From Glycera tridactyla (Eukaryota), in assembly GCA_965644265.1 (NCBI GenBank), contig OZ286477.1:27094001-27158000 (forward strand): a stretch of 64,000 nucleotides of DNA, in the 5' to 3' direction. Positions 38,190 to 52,599 of this stretch are shown here, piece after piece. The position numbers and the translations under genes are program-made. How positions within the stretch are numbered: the stretch's first letter is position 1; the number at the start of each line of letters is the position of its first letter. The notes below the pieces were generated by a model. It saw only the letters and a program-made list of their open reading frames with translations, searched no databases and was not told the origin of the DNA.

Positions 38190-40329
38190 TCTGACGCTGG
38201 CATCTTTTGGGAAGGTCACACTGTCGGCGGCTGGTTATTCGACGCATTATTTTCGGATTTTGATAGATACCTGACTCTGCTCTTGTCGATGTGCTGATGC
38301 ATAAGTTATGAGCCACACGCGCCTAGAACATTGGTTAACGCAGCCATAAATGTGTTGAACGCAAGCCTGTTAAATATTCAGCACCTATGATTGAGTCCAT
38401 GTCATAAGATGTGTGAATGGTCATATTTCTTCCCCCTGTGTGATATACAGCCAGGTCGTCCCCACACATCTTTCAAACTAATGTGTGAGAGAAAAAATCT
38501 AGGTAAATGGATTCTCAATTCCTGAGATGCCAACCACGATGATTTTGAAGTGATGAATTCCTCGTTTTGGGCCAATATTTCGGCGTTTTACACATGGCAT
38601 CATTGCAAAGAAATGTCACCTCTCTTCTCGATTGTCCATTTCAAAGCCTGCAGTCATTAACCCTGAAAATTCACATCGTCACTATTTTTGCTCAATAGAG
38701 GTTAAAATCCATGCAACTCATGAATTTTCTATTCATACCAGCGTCTTGTCGTGGAACTGGGTAATTGCTTTCGAATTTCTATTTTTACCGATGTGTTTGA
38801 AACTCGATAATTGCATTGTGCAACTTACCAGATTTAAAAGCTTACACGATCTATGTTGAGAAAATGAACAGATGGTCCTCGATTTGTGCGTGTGGGGGCG
38901 GGGGGGGGGGGACCACCTACGCAAACTCATACAGACATTACTTTTCGTGTTTCGCCCCCAGAGAATGAAAATATCCCCTCCTTATCCTATCCCAGACATA
39001 CTGATAATGCACAGAGACATTGATGTTCGGAGGGAAATTGAAATGGAATAGAACTTTCATCACTCAGAAATGTGAACAGCACGTTTTGAGTACTGTTATT
39101 CAGACCTGTCATCCGGATGCAATAGTTATGGGTGATTACTTCTCCACATCCACATCTGCATATGGTGATTTAGATATATACGGTGCAGGATTGCATCTAG
39201 ATGGGGGGAAGGGCATGGGACATTTCACACAATGTTTGACAGTGGGCCTCTTTCAAGACAATCAAGATCCACAATACCCCCTGAATCATACATGACTGTG
39301 CTGAAAGGCACATCATCCTGAAAAAGGGCACATACCACCATACATGTTGTGCCTGAAAAATACTGGTCACACCCAGGCGTGTATATGCGTGTGTGCGTGG
39401 GTGTTTTCCTTTGGGGGGGGGGGTCTGATCTGGGTGTGGATATGTGTTTGCGAGGGATCGAGAGCAAACCGGCCAATCGAGACCGGAAAGTGGGACCAGG
39501 TGAACTGCTTTCTTGTCCTTAGATAGTGACAGTGACCTGATTCACCCTTCTCTCCTGCTGAGAGTGACTGCACACCCTACGCTATCAATCAATCAATCAA
39601 TCAATCGATCAACCACATTCACCTCCCTCATTCTTGTGTTTTGAGAATTATTAGGATTATCATCCAATACATCTGGAAATACTGCAAACTGGTAATATTC
39701 AGTGATAGAATTTCTCAGTGATCGAAGTTCTCAGGAAAGTCCCTGAATTCAGGGAATATCTCACAAAATGCAAACATTTCTAGAATTCGGCTGAGCGTTT
39801 TAAATCTTGTGATTTCGGAGGTATGGGGGGAGATTCAAGAGACTTGATCAGGTTCCACTAAGTTTTGTTTCAGTCTACGCACACACTGAATATTAGACAT
39901 TTTATACATGGTCCTCTGGAGTGGACGTTCCTGCCTGCGGCAAATTGAGCCCAATCGGAATTTCAATAGATGAAACTGTATATAGTCTCTCCGATTTACC
40001 CACAAAAAGTTGGTATAGAACATGTGTTGAGTATGTTTTCTTGCTAGTCATTGCTGGTCATTGCGTGTTTGTCAGGCCGTTAAATACCAGAAATTGTATT
40101 GTAATCGTTCTCTCATTAGTGACGTGTCGACGGCTCAAGGTCGAGTGAAGGTCATTCTATTCTCGACCATCAGGTGACCTTGAGGTGTAATGAGATTGAC
40201 CTCTACCGATACCGCCTTCATCATGTAGCGGGTCACTGACGCAGGGAGGTACCATTACACCTGGCGTCGTCAATGGGATGGTTGATACATAATGAAAAAT
40301 GAATGACACTGAATTTGGTGACATTGAAA

Positions 40330-40530
40330 GTAATGAACAAAGCCGCAAATCAGATTTCCGCATTTTTGATCATTGATGTAGCCTAGTATTAATTTGACAG
40401 AAAAATCATTTTCTGCTGATTGTTTCAGATTTTAGATAGTGAAAGTCGGACCAGAATTATTGGAGATTTTGATGAAAAGTGCTCCAGGCTAGTTTTTCGG
40501 GGTTTTGTTTGTTAGCCAATCACATCCCTG
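40330..40530. mobile_element. Dispersed repeat family B, copy 3
   Basis: CAGATTTCCGC...GTCGGACC...AAGTGCTCC...GTTAGCCAATCACATCCCTG. Confidence 0.7.
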
Positions 40531-43500
40531 ACATAGTCAAATGAATCACTTTCAGCTAGGTACAGTTTTGATGAGTATGTAACCACCTCACTGCCAAAGC
40601 AAGGCAATCTCTTATCAATCCCATAATCAAGAGCCATAGGTACTGCCCTACTGCCACAACAAGACTCTGCTGTGATGATGCATGGCATGATGGGCTGAGT
40701 ACGTATTAACATTGCGATATGTCCTCATGTAATGGGCAAAGCAGTAGTTGACTTCACCAACTGATATATTGAAGAGTATCATTGACACATGCCTCAGCAG
40801 GCTTATGTCTTCATGTAGAAAGCGAAGCATTACTATACTAGTCCCACTGACAGTTCAGAAAACATTTCAGTAAGTCTCAGCAAAACTGTTTCTTCATGTG
40901 GTGAGCAATGTACATAGAGATACATGGTTATAAGCGATACATATCATGCATCTCTATGGCAGAGCATAAGTTTATCCATGACCGAGTGTGCAATCTGAGG
41001 CACAACAATGCACTGGCAGTGAGGTAAGGTGATGCATTGAACTGTCACTCATCCCTCTGGACAAAGGCATTGCTTTGACCATGGGTCAACTTGTCATCCG
41101 TTGCAGCTCGCTGTTTCGATGACGTGGCAGTGACGTTGCAGTGTTTCAGCGTTGAAGCATTATGACATTCTGATGAATGTCACACAACCTCTGCACTTTG
41201 ATCTTCCCCAGAATAATTCTGCATCTCACAGTTCTTGGACTGGAAAAAGAGGGCACTGTGGTTCATGAACCCTGTCAGACCTCGCATGACCCTTGAATGA
41301 ATAGGAGAGGGTGGACATGTGAAGGACCCTTATGTACTCACACTGGAATCCCCATTGATGTGTACATCATCTGAGCGTATTCTCGGTGGGTTGGTTCAGG
41401 AAATGCATTAGCATATTATATGCCGGTTCTAATTCTTCGAAAGATCTTTGAATAGTTCATTTGCCCATTTTGCTGAACTGAAGATTCTTCAGGTTTAGCG
41501 CATAAATTCGGAAATTCAGATATTCCGCTGCTGTGAGATAACTTATCTCACATTGTTAAGATCTGAAATTCTGTAATTGGAATCTATTAGGAAGATGTGA
41601 TGTTCGAAATAGAGCCAGTGAATCCAATCACAATTGAAGAATGCATTTACTATTCCAGATCCAACTCCCCTGTATCTCATTTGCATTCGTATTATACATG
41701 CAAGACAATCATATAGATTGCTAATTAACATAATAGCCTGACACTTATCCTATTTCGAATCAATTTGTTAGCTAGCAGAAGTCAATAAATCGTCACCTTT
41801 TATGGAAATGTTTCTAAATAATTGTTTTTAATGATGCTATTTGCCAGAAATATGGCTAAAGGGGATATGTCGATTAATTTGCTGATGATAATGGTAATTG
41901 GTAGCTTCATTAAATCCGCAATGCTGCAATGATTGATATGTGCGAATAGTCAGTCCAACATTATTCCATTAATGCGAAATGCCATGCTCCTTAGTCAACC
42001 CAAGCTCAGGGACACTTTCAGCAGAACTACTGTCTGCTATGTAAAGATGCCAACCATTATGAGACTAATTCTAACTCCAACCAAGTCAAACTATGGTATT
42101 TCACCCGAAACCTAACGCTCTTTATTCATGATGTCTAGTTTGCCGAAGGTTTTACGGATTTCTGAGAATTAGGTGAAAAATTCAAACGTCTTAATTGGGA
42201 AAAGCTAGCTTCATCTGACCTTGATCATGCTAAATACTCTCACTGTCAGTTTTGAGAATTGCCATCATTACTGATTCTGGTTTGCATCTCTGGCCATGAC
42301 GCAGGTAAGTGAATCACATAGACATATATGCCGGATGACAGAAGACAATGAGAGGAGCAAGAGCCGGTCGTTAAACAAGCGGCTGCGGACTAGATGATTG
42401 CGACTTGGCAAGCACGCCGTTCGCCAAACTATAACTCCGACCTCCATCAGCGCAGGCCCACTTTTCCAAAGGGATACTCTTGCTCGGTACTATCGTGGCT
42501 CAGGATATCTCCGACTGAATATATGATGGTTGATCGGTTGGTTGTTTTCAGTTCTCGTTCGTATCACCTGCGCTATACAAAGCTTCATATTTACTGACGG
42601 GTCAATGGGCCAATATGGCCCCTGAATAAGACTCAAATTGATGATGGGCCATCCACAATTTATCGAAAGACAAGAAAAAGATGGGACGGTGGATCCCTAA
42701 TAGGTCATACTAATAAGCCAAAAAGGTAAAAATGTGGGCCATGGGCCCGGGCCCACCAGAAATCTGAAGCGCTGGCTATATTGAGACGCTCTCGCATCAA
42801 TCAATATAATAATTCCTGGGCATCTCCATTCTCTCTGGAAAGTTATATAAAACACATAGCTGAGTGGACAAGCCCCCAATTTAGAGCTATTGCGTCTCTT
42901 GGACGAACTTCGAGATAACAGGAATTTATCAGGCCATACAAAGGGCGAATATTCATTTGATATCGATTCTTATCACATTGATAACGATAAGGCCATATGA
43001 TGAACAAACGAACAGGAAGGACAGACCAGGATAACAAAAAGCTGGTGAGATAGTCCTCTATCTATCTATCTATCTATCTATGCCATATATCTNNNNNNNN
43101 NNNNNNNNNNNNNNNNNNNNNNNNNNNNNNNNNNNNNNNNNNNNNNNNNNNNNNNNNNNNNNNNNNNNNNNNNNNNNNNNNNNNNNNNNNNNNNNNNNNN
43201 NNNNNNNNNNNNNNNNNNNNNNNNNNNNNNNNNNNNNNNNNNNNNNNNNNNNNNNNNNNNNNNNNNNNNNNNNNNNNNNNNNNNNNNNNNTGTCATTCCA
43301 TCAATGTATCCATACGTGCAGTTCTGCCAGGTGATCTGAATGACAGAGGATCTGACTGACAGACAGGCTAGCTGTTCGTCTGACCATCGATTAGTATCTG
43401 TTGTTTACTACACTTCATCTACACTTACGCTCACGTGACGCTCCCCTTTCAACCCTCACGTGCCATTGCCAGTTTGATGTGGTGATCATAGTAAGGCAGT

Positions 43501-44662
43501 TGTATTCAGGTGGATGAACATGGCACTTAACAGAAATACAGAATTAATAAGCTCGTGGTGTGGACCTGTATGACTTAATTTATTTTTCTCTCTGAGAAAA
43601 GCCACGTGTATGCTGCCTTCGTAGAGCCGGTGATATATAAGGAGCGGCTTAATAAATGGTTGGCAAGGTAGCATATATCAGTGTATTTTCTCAATCCCCC
43701 ACCCGCAAGATTCGCCCGCCCCTCCGCCAATGTCATCCATCTTAGAACAAGCTGCCTTTCTCTATGCCATGCAGGCTCGTCGCTGCAGGCAAGATGGATG
43801 GCCTACGCAGGCAGGCGGCCTTCTTTGAGCGGCTCATCTTTCTCCTGTGATCGATTGGAGCTGTTTACCACTGTCTAATGCCACACTGTCTTCTGATAAG
43901 ATTCACTAGCTTCTTGCGCTGCTAGAAATACCTGCAATGGTATAGATTTCTTACAAGCATCTTGTAACGCCAATACCACTTCATTTCCTCCAACTGCAAT
44001 CGAAGTTTCTCCCATACAGAATTCAATGAAGTATGGTGAACCGATATGACCCCCGGCTCCAGGTTGACTATAGAGGTCACTGTGGAGAATCTAGTATCAG
44101 CGCTAAATTTATTTTGAGACCGACGTAAACGCTGAATCAGTAGTGAATACATCACTATTGGTGATCACCTCACCAACATCCATCATCCCAATTGGAACCA
44201 GAGTTCAGTAACCTCCTCTGTTCAAAGTTCTTCTGGAAAAAAGTGAAAAGATGTATAGACAAAAATGAAAGATGCAACTGAAAATATTGAACATGGATTT
44301 CATCTGCACGCTCTGAAAAGTGAATAAATTAGCTGTATGGAAAAGACATTCTTTTCGAAAATCACTATGACTCCGACAACTTCCTGGACATCAGCATTTT
44401 CTTGAAAAGGTGTTAGAATTGGTCATGAATTACTTGGAGTTTCATTTCTGCCGAGATCGGGAACAATGGTCATTTATCATACGGTGATATACTGTGGCTC
44501 AGTTTGCTCATTTTGCCACCAGGTTCGTTAGACCTGTTTATCTGTAAGGTCTTCTAAATCTCCAGTATTAGGTTAAAGGGCCGTACAGCCTGCCAACCTC
44601 CGATCCAATGCATGGTATCATCAAAATCGCCAAATGAATTAACTTTCCGGTATCTGTCTTAC

Positions 44663-44724
44663 CATTTTCTCTCTTGCTAACAACTTGGATAATTAACCCT
44701 TTCGAGTCCAAATTCATATGCAAC
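44663..44724 (-). other. Candidate exon ending in ATG (5'UTR/start exon, or internal exon)
   Basis: Strong acceptor tacttatttccag and donor AAAATG|gtaaga; 62 nt. Confidence 0.35.
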
Positions 44725-45126
44725 CTGGAAATAAGTATATGGTTAACCATACCCACCTCTTAGATATGCATGTCTTGATTGGAATGTGTGGAGCAGTGCG
44801 CAAAGCTATGGGTTCTACGCAGTCTGTTAATTGGATGGGTGGGTTGGTGAAAAATCGACGGGGATGTGCTAGGGTTACATATTGTGGCCCAGTATATAAA
44901 GAGTTCGCGTGAGCTGGGATTTATCACCCGGTCGCTGCCCAATTTGTTCTAATGAGCCCTGTTCCATCTATCCCCACGTAACACACATCCTTGCTTTAAA
45001 TGAACTTGGCGCTTTTAAATTGCTGCGTGGCCACTTGACCATTTGTAAATGTTCCGGCCAAACTCCCGGGAGATATTTCATTCTCCAAATAAATTCCACC
45101 ATATGTGTCCGCCAATAGATTCGGTC

Positions 45127-45686
45127 TCAGTCTCCTTTCCCCACAAAACGCCATTTTTGTCCCAATATTCCACACATATCGCCTACATCAATCTTCACAT
45201 TCGGTGGCCGAAGGCTGTATTGCTCATAATATTCGTCCGGAAAGCACGCTCGATACAACCTTCTGATTGATGGCCTGAAGTCAAGGAACAGGTCNNNNNN
45301 NNNNNNNNNNNNNNNNNNNNNNNNNNNNNNNNNNNNNNNNNNNNNNNNNNNNNNNNNNNNNNNNNNNNNNNNNNNNNNNNNNNNNNNNNNNNNNNNNNNN
45401 NNNNNNNNNNNNNNNNNNNNNNNNNGTGTCGCCAACTCTATAAACACCACACTTCATTTATCTCAACACCCAACAGGGACATCCAAATGAACACTCATCT
45501 TCCTCTGCAAATTAGACTGATTCTAAAAATCGCACTCATCTAACACATTCAAAATCATGGGATTTTTTTTCCAATTTCATGAGTGGAAGCCACATTCAAG
45601 GTAAACTCAGTGGTGGGGATGGGGATTTCAGGAGCCGTTTCTCACAAGTGGTGGTGCTTCAAAAATTTGGCGGAGACAAGCGACAT
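45127..45686 (-). CDS. Candidate spliced ORF, weakly GNAT-acetyltransferase-like at the N-terminus
   Basis: Exon 45686-45646 (donor TT|gtgaga, phase 2) joins acceptor ttccttgacttcag at 45274 in the frame that stays open longest: MSLVSAKFLKHHHLPSIRRLYRACFPDEYYEQYSLRPPNVKIDVGDMCGILGQKWRFVGKGD*. Confidence 0.25.
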
Positions 45687-45930
45687 CTGCCCGCCATTTT
45701 GATTTTTCTTTGCGTTCCGTGCGCAAGACGTCATCGACCCGAGAGCGGAGAGGAGCGAGAGAGGAGACGAGAGAGAGGAGACGCGCGCGCTAACCGCTCA
45801 GCCTCTCGCCGGCAGCGGTTGCCTCGCGCGCAGGTGTACGCCGCCGCGTCTAAAGAACTCCAGACCGTAGCGCCACCAATTCAAAACAACCAACACCGCA
45901 ACCAAAAACAAAATGGCGACTCTGCCATCT
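45680..45930. promoter_or_regulatory. Bidirectional CpG-rich promoter candidate
   Basis: Divergent YY1-like CAAAATGGCG motifs (minus at 45689-45701, plus at 45909-45920), a GA-rich tract, GACGTCA and GCGCGCGC between them. Confidence 0.6.
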
Positions 45931-48436
45931 CCCACCGCAAGCCGTACTTTCCCCATTTTCTCGCGTTCGATACCAACATCCACAGTCCACACATGGTACT
46001 CGAACACTATCCTATTTCTGCTTGTCCCTTTGCTATCCTACGATGTGATTGACTGATGACAGGTGTATGGATAATCCATCATTGGTGTTTAGTCCAAACA
46101 AAAACGATCTGTTTCGTACAAATGTCGAAACATCTGCAAAAATATGTCAATGGCATTCACTCAGTGTTGAGTGGAGGTCTTGCAGACCACTCCCATTTGA
46201 AACCATTTAGCTGAAATTTTTACCTAGCTATATTTACTCCTTGCCCTGACATTCTTTTGCTGATTGAAACAGCTCGGTCCGAATTTCCAGCTACTATCGA
46301 GCTTTTAGAAAGGGATGTCCTGCTTCCAGTTACAAATTTGTGGTTCATAGCATTTGCGAGCTTCCAGGCAAAATGCATTTTGAAACAGCTAGCATGATTC
46401 GTTCATTCATTTGCGAAATATCGTTTAGTGTATGGTACTTTGATATAGATACACAGGTTCGCTTTCAGAATTGGATATATTCTCGCAACGAAGAAACACT
46501 TGGGTCCACAAGGATACAGCCAAGCCCCCACCCATTGATACACCCACATACATACATGCCCCCCCCCCCCACATACACACACACACAGGCAAACACAGGC
46601 TAAATGTTCTTCATCTGTTGAAGTCCAAGGAAATCAAATGCATTCAAATCCGTTTGTCGCCTCCCTACTTGACATTTAAGTACGGCAAATATCATATACC
46701 TATAGTACCCAGAACAGAATTTTTGCCTAATTTTCTTTCATATTTTTTTCAATTCGTGAAAATTCGAGAATTCACCTTGACAATACATGTTGTTGGTACA
46801 GAAATTTGTATACATGCAGTTTCCTTTGGTGTTTGACATTCGAACAAATCATCAAAATAGCCAAAGCCTGCATGCCTTTTTTCCACATACTACTGTCGAA
46901 AATCAGGTTTTCTGAAGCGTCAATGGGAATCGTTGGAACAAGGCTGGTAGGAGATGATAAAAATCCCCTAGCAGGGTGTTTATTGACGTTAGGGTGGGGG
47001 TGGGTGCTTGTGAAGTCAGTGTACATTGGCATTCGAAATCGTATTGATTGATCCACTGCACCCACCCACACCCACCCACCCACCCCAAACATCTCCACAC
47101 TGTCTATACCCGAACGCCACACAAAACCCGTTTCACTCAATTCAAATCGAACTGAATTCACATATGAAAGAGACACATTTTGTACTCGAGTGAAATGCAC
47201 ATTAAACTCCTCATTGTGAAATCGACACATAATGCATGGTGAAATAGATCCCTGATATTGATTCCATACCGGCCTTCCCCACTACATCTAATCAATTTCA
47301 GGCGTATAGATTAGACGGTTATTTTTTCCATCTGGGCTTGAGAAACCTCACGAAAATGATCACGACCCCGTTTTCCATGCAGAACATTTTTCACAACTGA
47401 ATACTGGAATATTCGTTCGATATATCAATGATGTCAGCCAACTTTCACACATAGTATTTTTCAAACTGGTATTGACTTCATTCAAAATAAATATTTTCCG
47501 ATATTGTGACATTGTTATTTTTAAGCACTACCTCGATATGGTGGAAACATAAACGTCATCAGAAAGAGTACGATATTGTTCCGTATTTCAAATGCATACA
47601 TACATGCCTGCCTATTTAAACATTTTATGTATATTTCTATGTATCCATTTCGCCGTAATAAATGCCAATCAACAGTATTATAAAGTATTTTATGTTGGAT
47701 ATATTTTTGCTAATTTTGTAGTTATTCGTTACACTCTCTCACTATATTCAACATTAAAGGCATTTCTTTTTCAGAGAACGCAACAAGAATTGCCTTTTAT
47801 ATGGTAGTGGGACCATCCGAAGAGTAGTTACTCAAGATGAAAAAATGTAGTTTGTCTAAATAAAGTTTGCTTCGTTCATCCAAAGATACTGGTACCAAGG
47901 TCTCCGGTTCATCATCGCGATAGAGAGTTTCTGACTAAACCATAACCGGCGTTATGAACAATATAAGATTTTTTAAATTTCGAATATTTTTCCCAAAAAG
48001 GAGGAGCCTGTCTCAAACATATACATCGTACAGTTCTGGTCATTTTTCAAGAGATATATCATTTCCATTTTTTCTGAATATATATCATACCAAACAGATA
48101 CTTTGTGCAGGTATGGTTATTCTTCTAAACATATATAATCACCAGATCTCAATGACAGTGTTGGCCAAATAAAGAGATGGTGTAAATTTCATGTTCTGAA
48201 TTGGGCGAGTGGTGACATTCTAACAGAAATTAAATACTAATCCTGTACAGCACTGAACCATGGTATTTATTGGGTTCACCTTGTCTAGTTGAAGTAGTTC
48301 ACAAGTTTCGGTGAGCAGAATGCAGCTCATCGAATAAAATCGAACTGAGTGGCTGCGATGACTCGGGAATTACAACATGATTTGTTTGTGTGTTAGTGGC
48401 CACTTTCTAGCCACTGACCATTCCTAGGATGTCCAT

Positions 48437-48720
48437 TACCTGCATTGCTACCTGCTGTTTTATTTACATTTCCTCTCAGACTCTGAGCAACTCCTGCTGG
48501 TCCTAGTTTCCGAGTGGTGCTAATGGTCTTTCGTCATTAAGGGAAATGGTGTTGCGAGTACGGGAGGTTGAGAGGGGAGAGCGCGATGTACGGGTTGTTT
48601 TCGCGGGAGCGGCAGCGTGCTACGCCACCGCGGCGTGTGCCGTGCGCTCCCGGTCTTCTCCGTATCTCCGCTCCCGTGCTCCCGGGTCCTCTTCCGCGAA
48701 CGCCAAATTTATGTCGATCA
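48437..48720 (-). promoter_or_regulatory. CpG island / candidate non-coding first exon
   Basis: High CpG at 48550-48710; minus-strand donor CAG|gtaatg near 48437 and another CAG|gtgagt near 48786; no long coding frame on the minus strand. Confidence 0.35.
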
Positions 48721-50424
48721 AACCTCTACAAAACCCACATTTAGAACACTTCATCACCTCCCATCAACTATACCCAAAACTCACCTGCAGTGTCTACAAT
48801 TCCCTCCCATATTCACGAATTAACTAGCAACCGAACGCTTGGAATTGTCACTCTTGATATGTAGTGGCTGAGTTGAAAATATGCAACATTCACATGCTGG
48901 ATTGTGCGAAAGAAACCTCTTCAACATGGTGATATGCTTCAGATAATTTAGTGAGAATTTGTACACTTATATTTATTGAGAGGGATTGTGAATGTTCGCC
49001 TGGTGAACAATTGTAAAATTCACTGACACCAAATATGCCTTATTCCCTGCCATATACAGATGTACTAGTAGGTATTTCAATATGCACCAGAGACACAAAC
49101 ATCTGTCAAGTTATTGCAAAAAATTGTATCAGATTGAAAATCACGAGACAAGCTGAACAGATGAAAATTGTACATCAATGAGATTTCATGAGGTTGTGTA
49201 TCGGCTCCTCTATTGATATACCATGAAATCTGATCTAGAATATAACAATTACTTCAACAAGAATGCAATTACTTGTTTCGTAAGTGTCATTTGATCAGTG
49301 ATAATACATGATAAAACGCAGAAATCCACCACAAATATTTAGCTAAGTCACACTCGGAAAAATCCTTGAAATGAATAAAAATTTTGGAACTAGACTTTAA
49401 TTTTCTCACAGAATGAATTACTCAAATGTGGCTTGAAAGTTCAGTTCAGAAACGATGAGTAGTAGATACGACTTCCATTTGTTAGGAAATTTGTCCACAT
49501 TTCACCAAAATTTGTCAAAGGGGGCTAGAAATAGTTTTTTACTCAGAAAGATTTGTCGCATTTCACCAAAATTTGTCGCGTTCTAATGTCACCATCATCA
49601 GCATCCTCATTGAAGCTAGTGTGCCAAGTTTAGCGTTAAAGTACATTAGTGGTTGGGTGGCTCTAGCTCTATGCGATGCTGATAAGGTTAATGGTGTTGA
49701 TAATTGAGAAAGATGCAGTGGCGTCCGGTATGTCCGTGCAGTGAATGCATATAGGGATTTAGGACAATTTCTCAGGACCATGTTAGGTGTTGTCGCCACA
49801 ATTGAGTGTGCGGTAAAAAACCGCAGGCAGGACTCGCCACACTTGAAGTCGATGCAGAAGATTGTGACAAGAATAACGATATTTCACCTTTAAAATGAAT
49901 CTTCGCCTATTCAGCACGGAAAATAATCTAATTAATTTCCACGTAGTACGCTCCCCATCATCTCAATTTCTGCTTCATAAAATAAATCCTTATTTACTGT
50001 TGTGTTGATTTATTTCCGTTCCAATTCCAAATCGCAACAACCTGTCCAATTCGATGTATATGAACAGTGTTCTATTCGCTGATAGAACGAAGCATCGCGT
50101 GTAGAGTTCAGTGTTTTTGTCAAATTTTCGCTGTAAACTGTGTTGAAAAATGTGGCACTACCAAGCAAGCAATCATAAAAGACCCCATGAGAATTTCAAC
50201 ATCTAAAATTGATGATGACTATACCTATATCATCTTCATGATTTTGAGATATGTGTTCCATTTCTTGAAGAGTTACATACGCTGTCTGTTGCAGTCATTA
50301 CTCTTACAAACTTTGAACACAACATGATGGCGAACCAGAACGAGCTGACAATTCAGAAGCATCCCTATGTATCAAATAATCCTGATATATATATACATAT
50401 ATAATTATGACCAAATTAATAAAT

Positions 50425-50508
50425 GATAATAATGATAATAATGATGATAACGATAGTAATGATGATAATGATAATAATAATGATAATAATAATGATAATA
50501 ATAATGAT
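50425..50508. repeat. (AAT/GAT)n microsatellite
   Basis: Direct reading. Confidence 0.95.
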
Positions 50509-52499
50509 TTCAGTGTACCACTGGGCTCCAGATATTCATTAAAATGCAGACAATTTTTAAAAAGATATTGTCAGAAAGTGAATGGACATTTTAATGTCTC
50601 GGTGACAAGGTGAGCATACCCCCCCCCCCTCCCACACACGCACACGTGCGTGCACGTACACAAACAACAAGAATACACACGCTCCATCTACAGTATGCAT
50701 GCTCTGAATCTAGCCGGCGGGAGATGCCCGTTAGCTTTATGAAATATAACGAATTCGTGCTGATGACATTGTTTCATATTATTGTCGACAGTTTCCAGCA
50801 GGAGAGAAAAATGGGATGCTGATTAATGGAACGGAGGATGGATGGCCGCCTTTGATGAATGCCATTACAATGGTCACCGCAACAATGCAATATATTTCAA
50901 TTTTGATTAAATAGTAGCAGCACGCGAAAACGTTAATCTTGACGAACGGTTTATCTCCACAGATCCATTGCTCTTGCACTAGGTCGAATTTATATCTCAC
51001 ATTATCCAGTTAACTCTATATCAAGTGAGTGTTACCTTTTGAATAATCAAAGTATTTTCTATTTTTTATTTTTCCTGAATGTGGTGGATATGCAATCATT
51101 GGATTCCTGTCACACCCTGATTGATATTCTGTAATTGGCCTGAATTTTCCCTATGATCTGATGACATGGGTAAACTTTACGTATAAAACGAGTGTTGTGC
51201 TCACATATGATCTAGCATATTGCATCTGATAGTGAAGCTATTTTCAACTGTACGCCTTTGCATCTTATGTGTTGATGCTAGTGAAGTTATTGATGATGGC
51301 AGTAGGACATTTCGTGTACCAGTTCTTTCTGATCACTTCCCACATAATCACTGAAACAAATTATCCTGTCAGCACAGAGATGATAATTTACTAATTTCAT
51401 CACATTCACAAAAGTTCATGTGATGTGTCATTTTCCTAGATATGAAGTTGGGTTGATTGAAATGGATCAATTTGAAACATTTCATAAGTAATCATTTACA
51501 AGAATATGTCGTTTTGAATATTTTAGCATCATTTGTTCGACATAGAATCTCTTGTAATCCTACCTCTGAGAAATCTAGCATAAAATTGATGTGGTGTTGA
51601 AAGAGTGGATAAATCTGGAGTCGCCCACAGGACCATAGATCTGTGGACAAGAATAAATCGGTGGTGGCTGACTAATGATGCTGGTCATCCTTGCCAAGGA
51701 CATCTTTCACCCTGAACCAAATTTAAAAGATATTCTTCTTCGTTGGGACTGCCCCTATTATAGATGGCCAGTGGCCAGGATGAATCGCTAGGAACAAAGC
51801 AGGACGTATGCCTCGGAAGTTGCCCTATATCAAAAGCTTGTTTTGTTCGACTGAAACAAAGCTGTGTTGTTTTATTAATGACACTAAGACAGGTGAATTC
51901 GTGGATATTTAACCCTTATTCAGTCTGAGATTCTTCCATAGCTGATCAATTATGTCTATGTTAGTGTCTTCATTCACATTGCGTATATATTTCAACGACG
52001 ATGAAAAAGACGACGTTGATGACAACGAAACTGAGTACATTTTTATAATGACAACTCATGCCCCGATACCGATCTTGTCATTTTATCACTATATATCGAA
52101 GATACGCAGATANNNNNNNNNNNNNNNNNNNNNNNNNNNNNNNNNNNNNNNNNNNNNNNNNNNNNNNNNNNNNNNNNNNNNNNNNNNNNNNNNNNNNNNN
52201 NNNNNNNNNNNNNNNNNNNNNNNNNNNNNNNNNNNNNNNNNNNNNNNNNNNNNNNNNNAATCAGCTGCGAGTTTGGATGAAACTAATCGACCTTCAACGT
52301 GGTTGATTCTTCGTGTAGCTTCACCGAATTTCCCCGAATCTCCACGAAATCAGCAAGATAATTGGGCCCAATTTCAAAAGATATATGATGAGAATTTGAG
52401 AAGAGTGTGAAATCTGACACATGAATGTTTGGACGTACATCCCCAATGTACGCCTCGTGCTGATCTCAAAGCAGAGAGTGAATTCGATGGGAGCATTAC

Positions 52500-52543
52500 G
52501 TGTGTGTGAGGGTGAGTCTGAGTGAGTGTGTGCGTGCGCGCGC

Positions 52544-52582
<39 letters not shown>

Positions 52583-52585
52583 TGT
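52500..52585. repeat. (TG)n/(CG)n microsatellite
   Basis: Direct reading. Confidence 0.95.
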
Positions 52586-52599
52586 GCATGTTTACTGCT

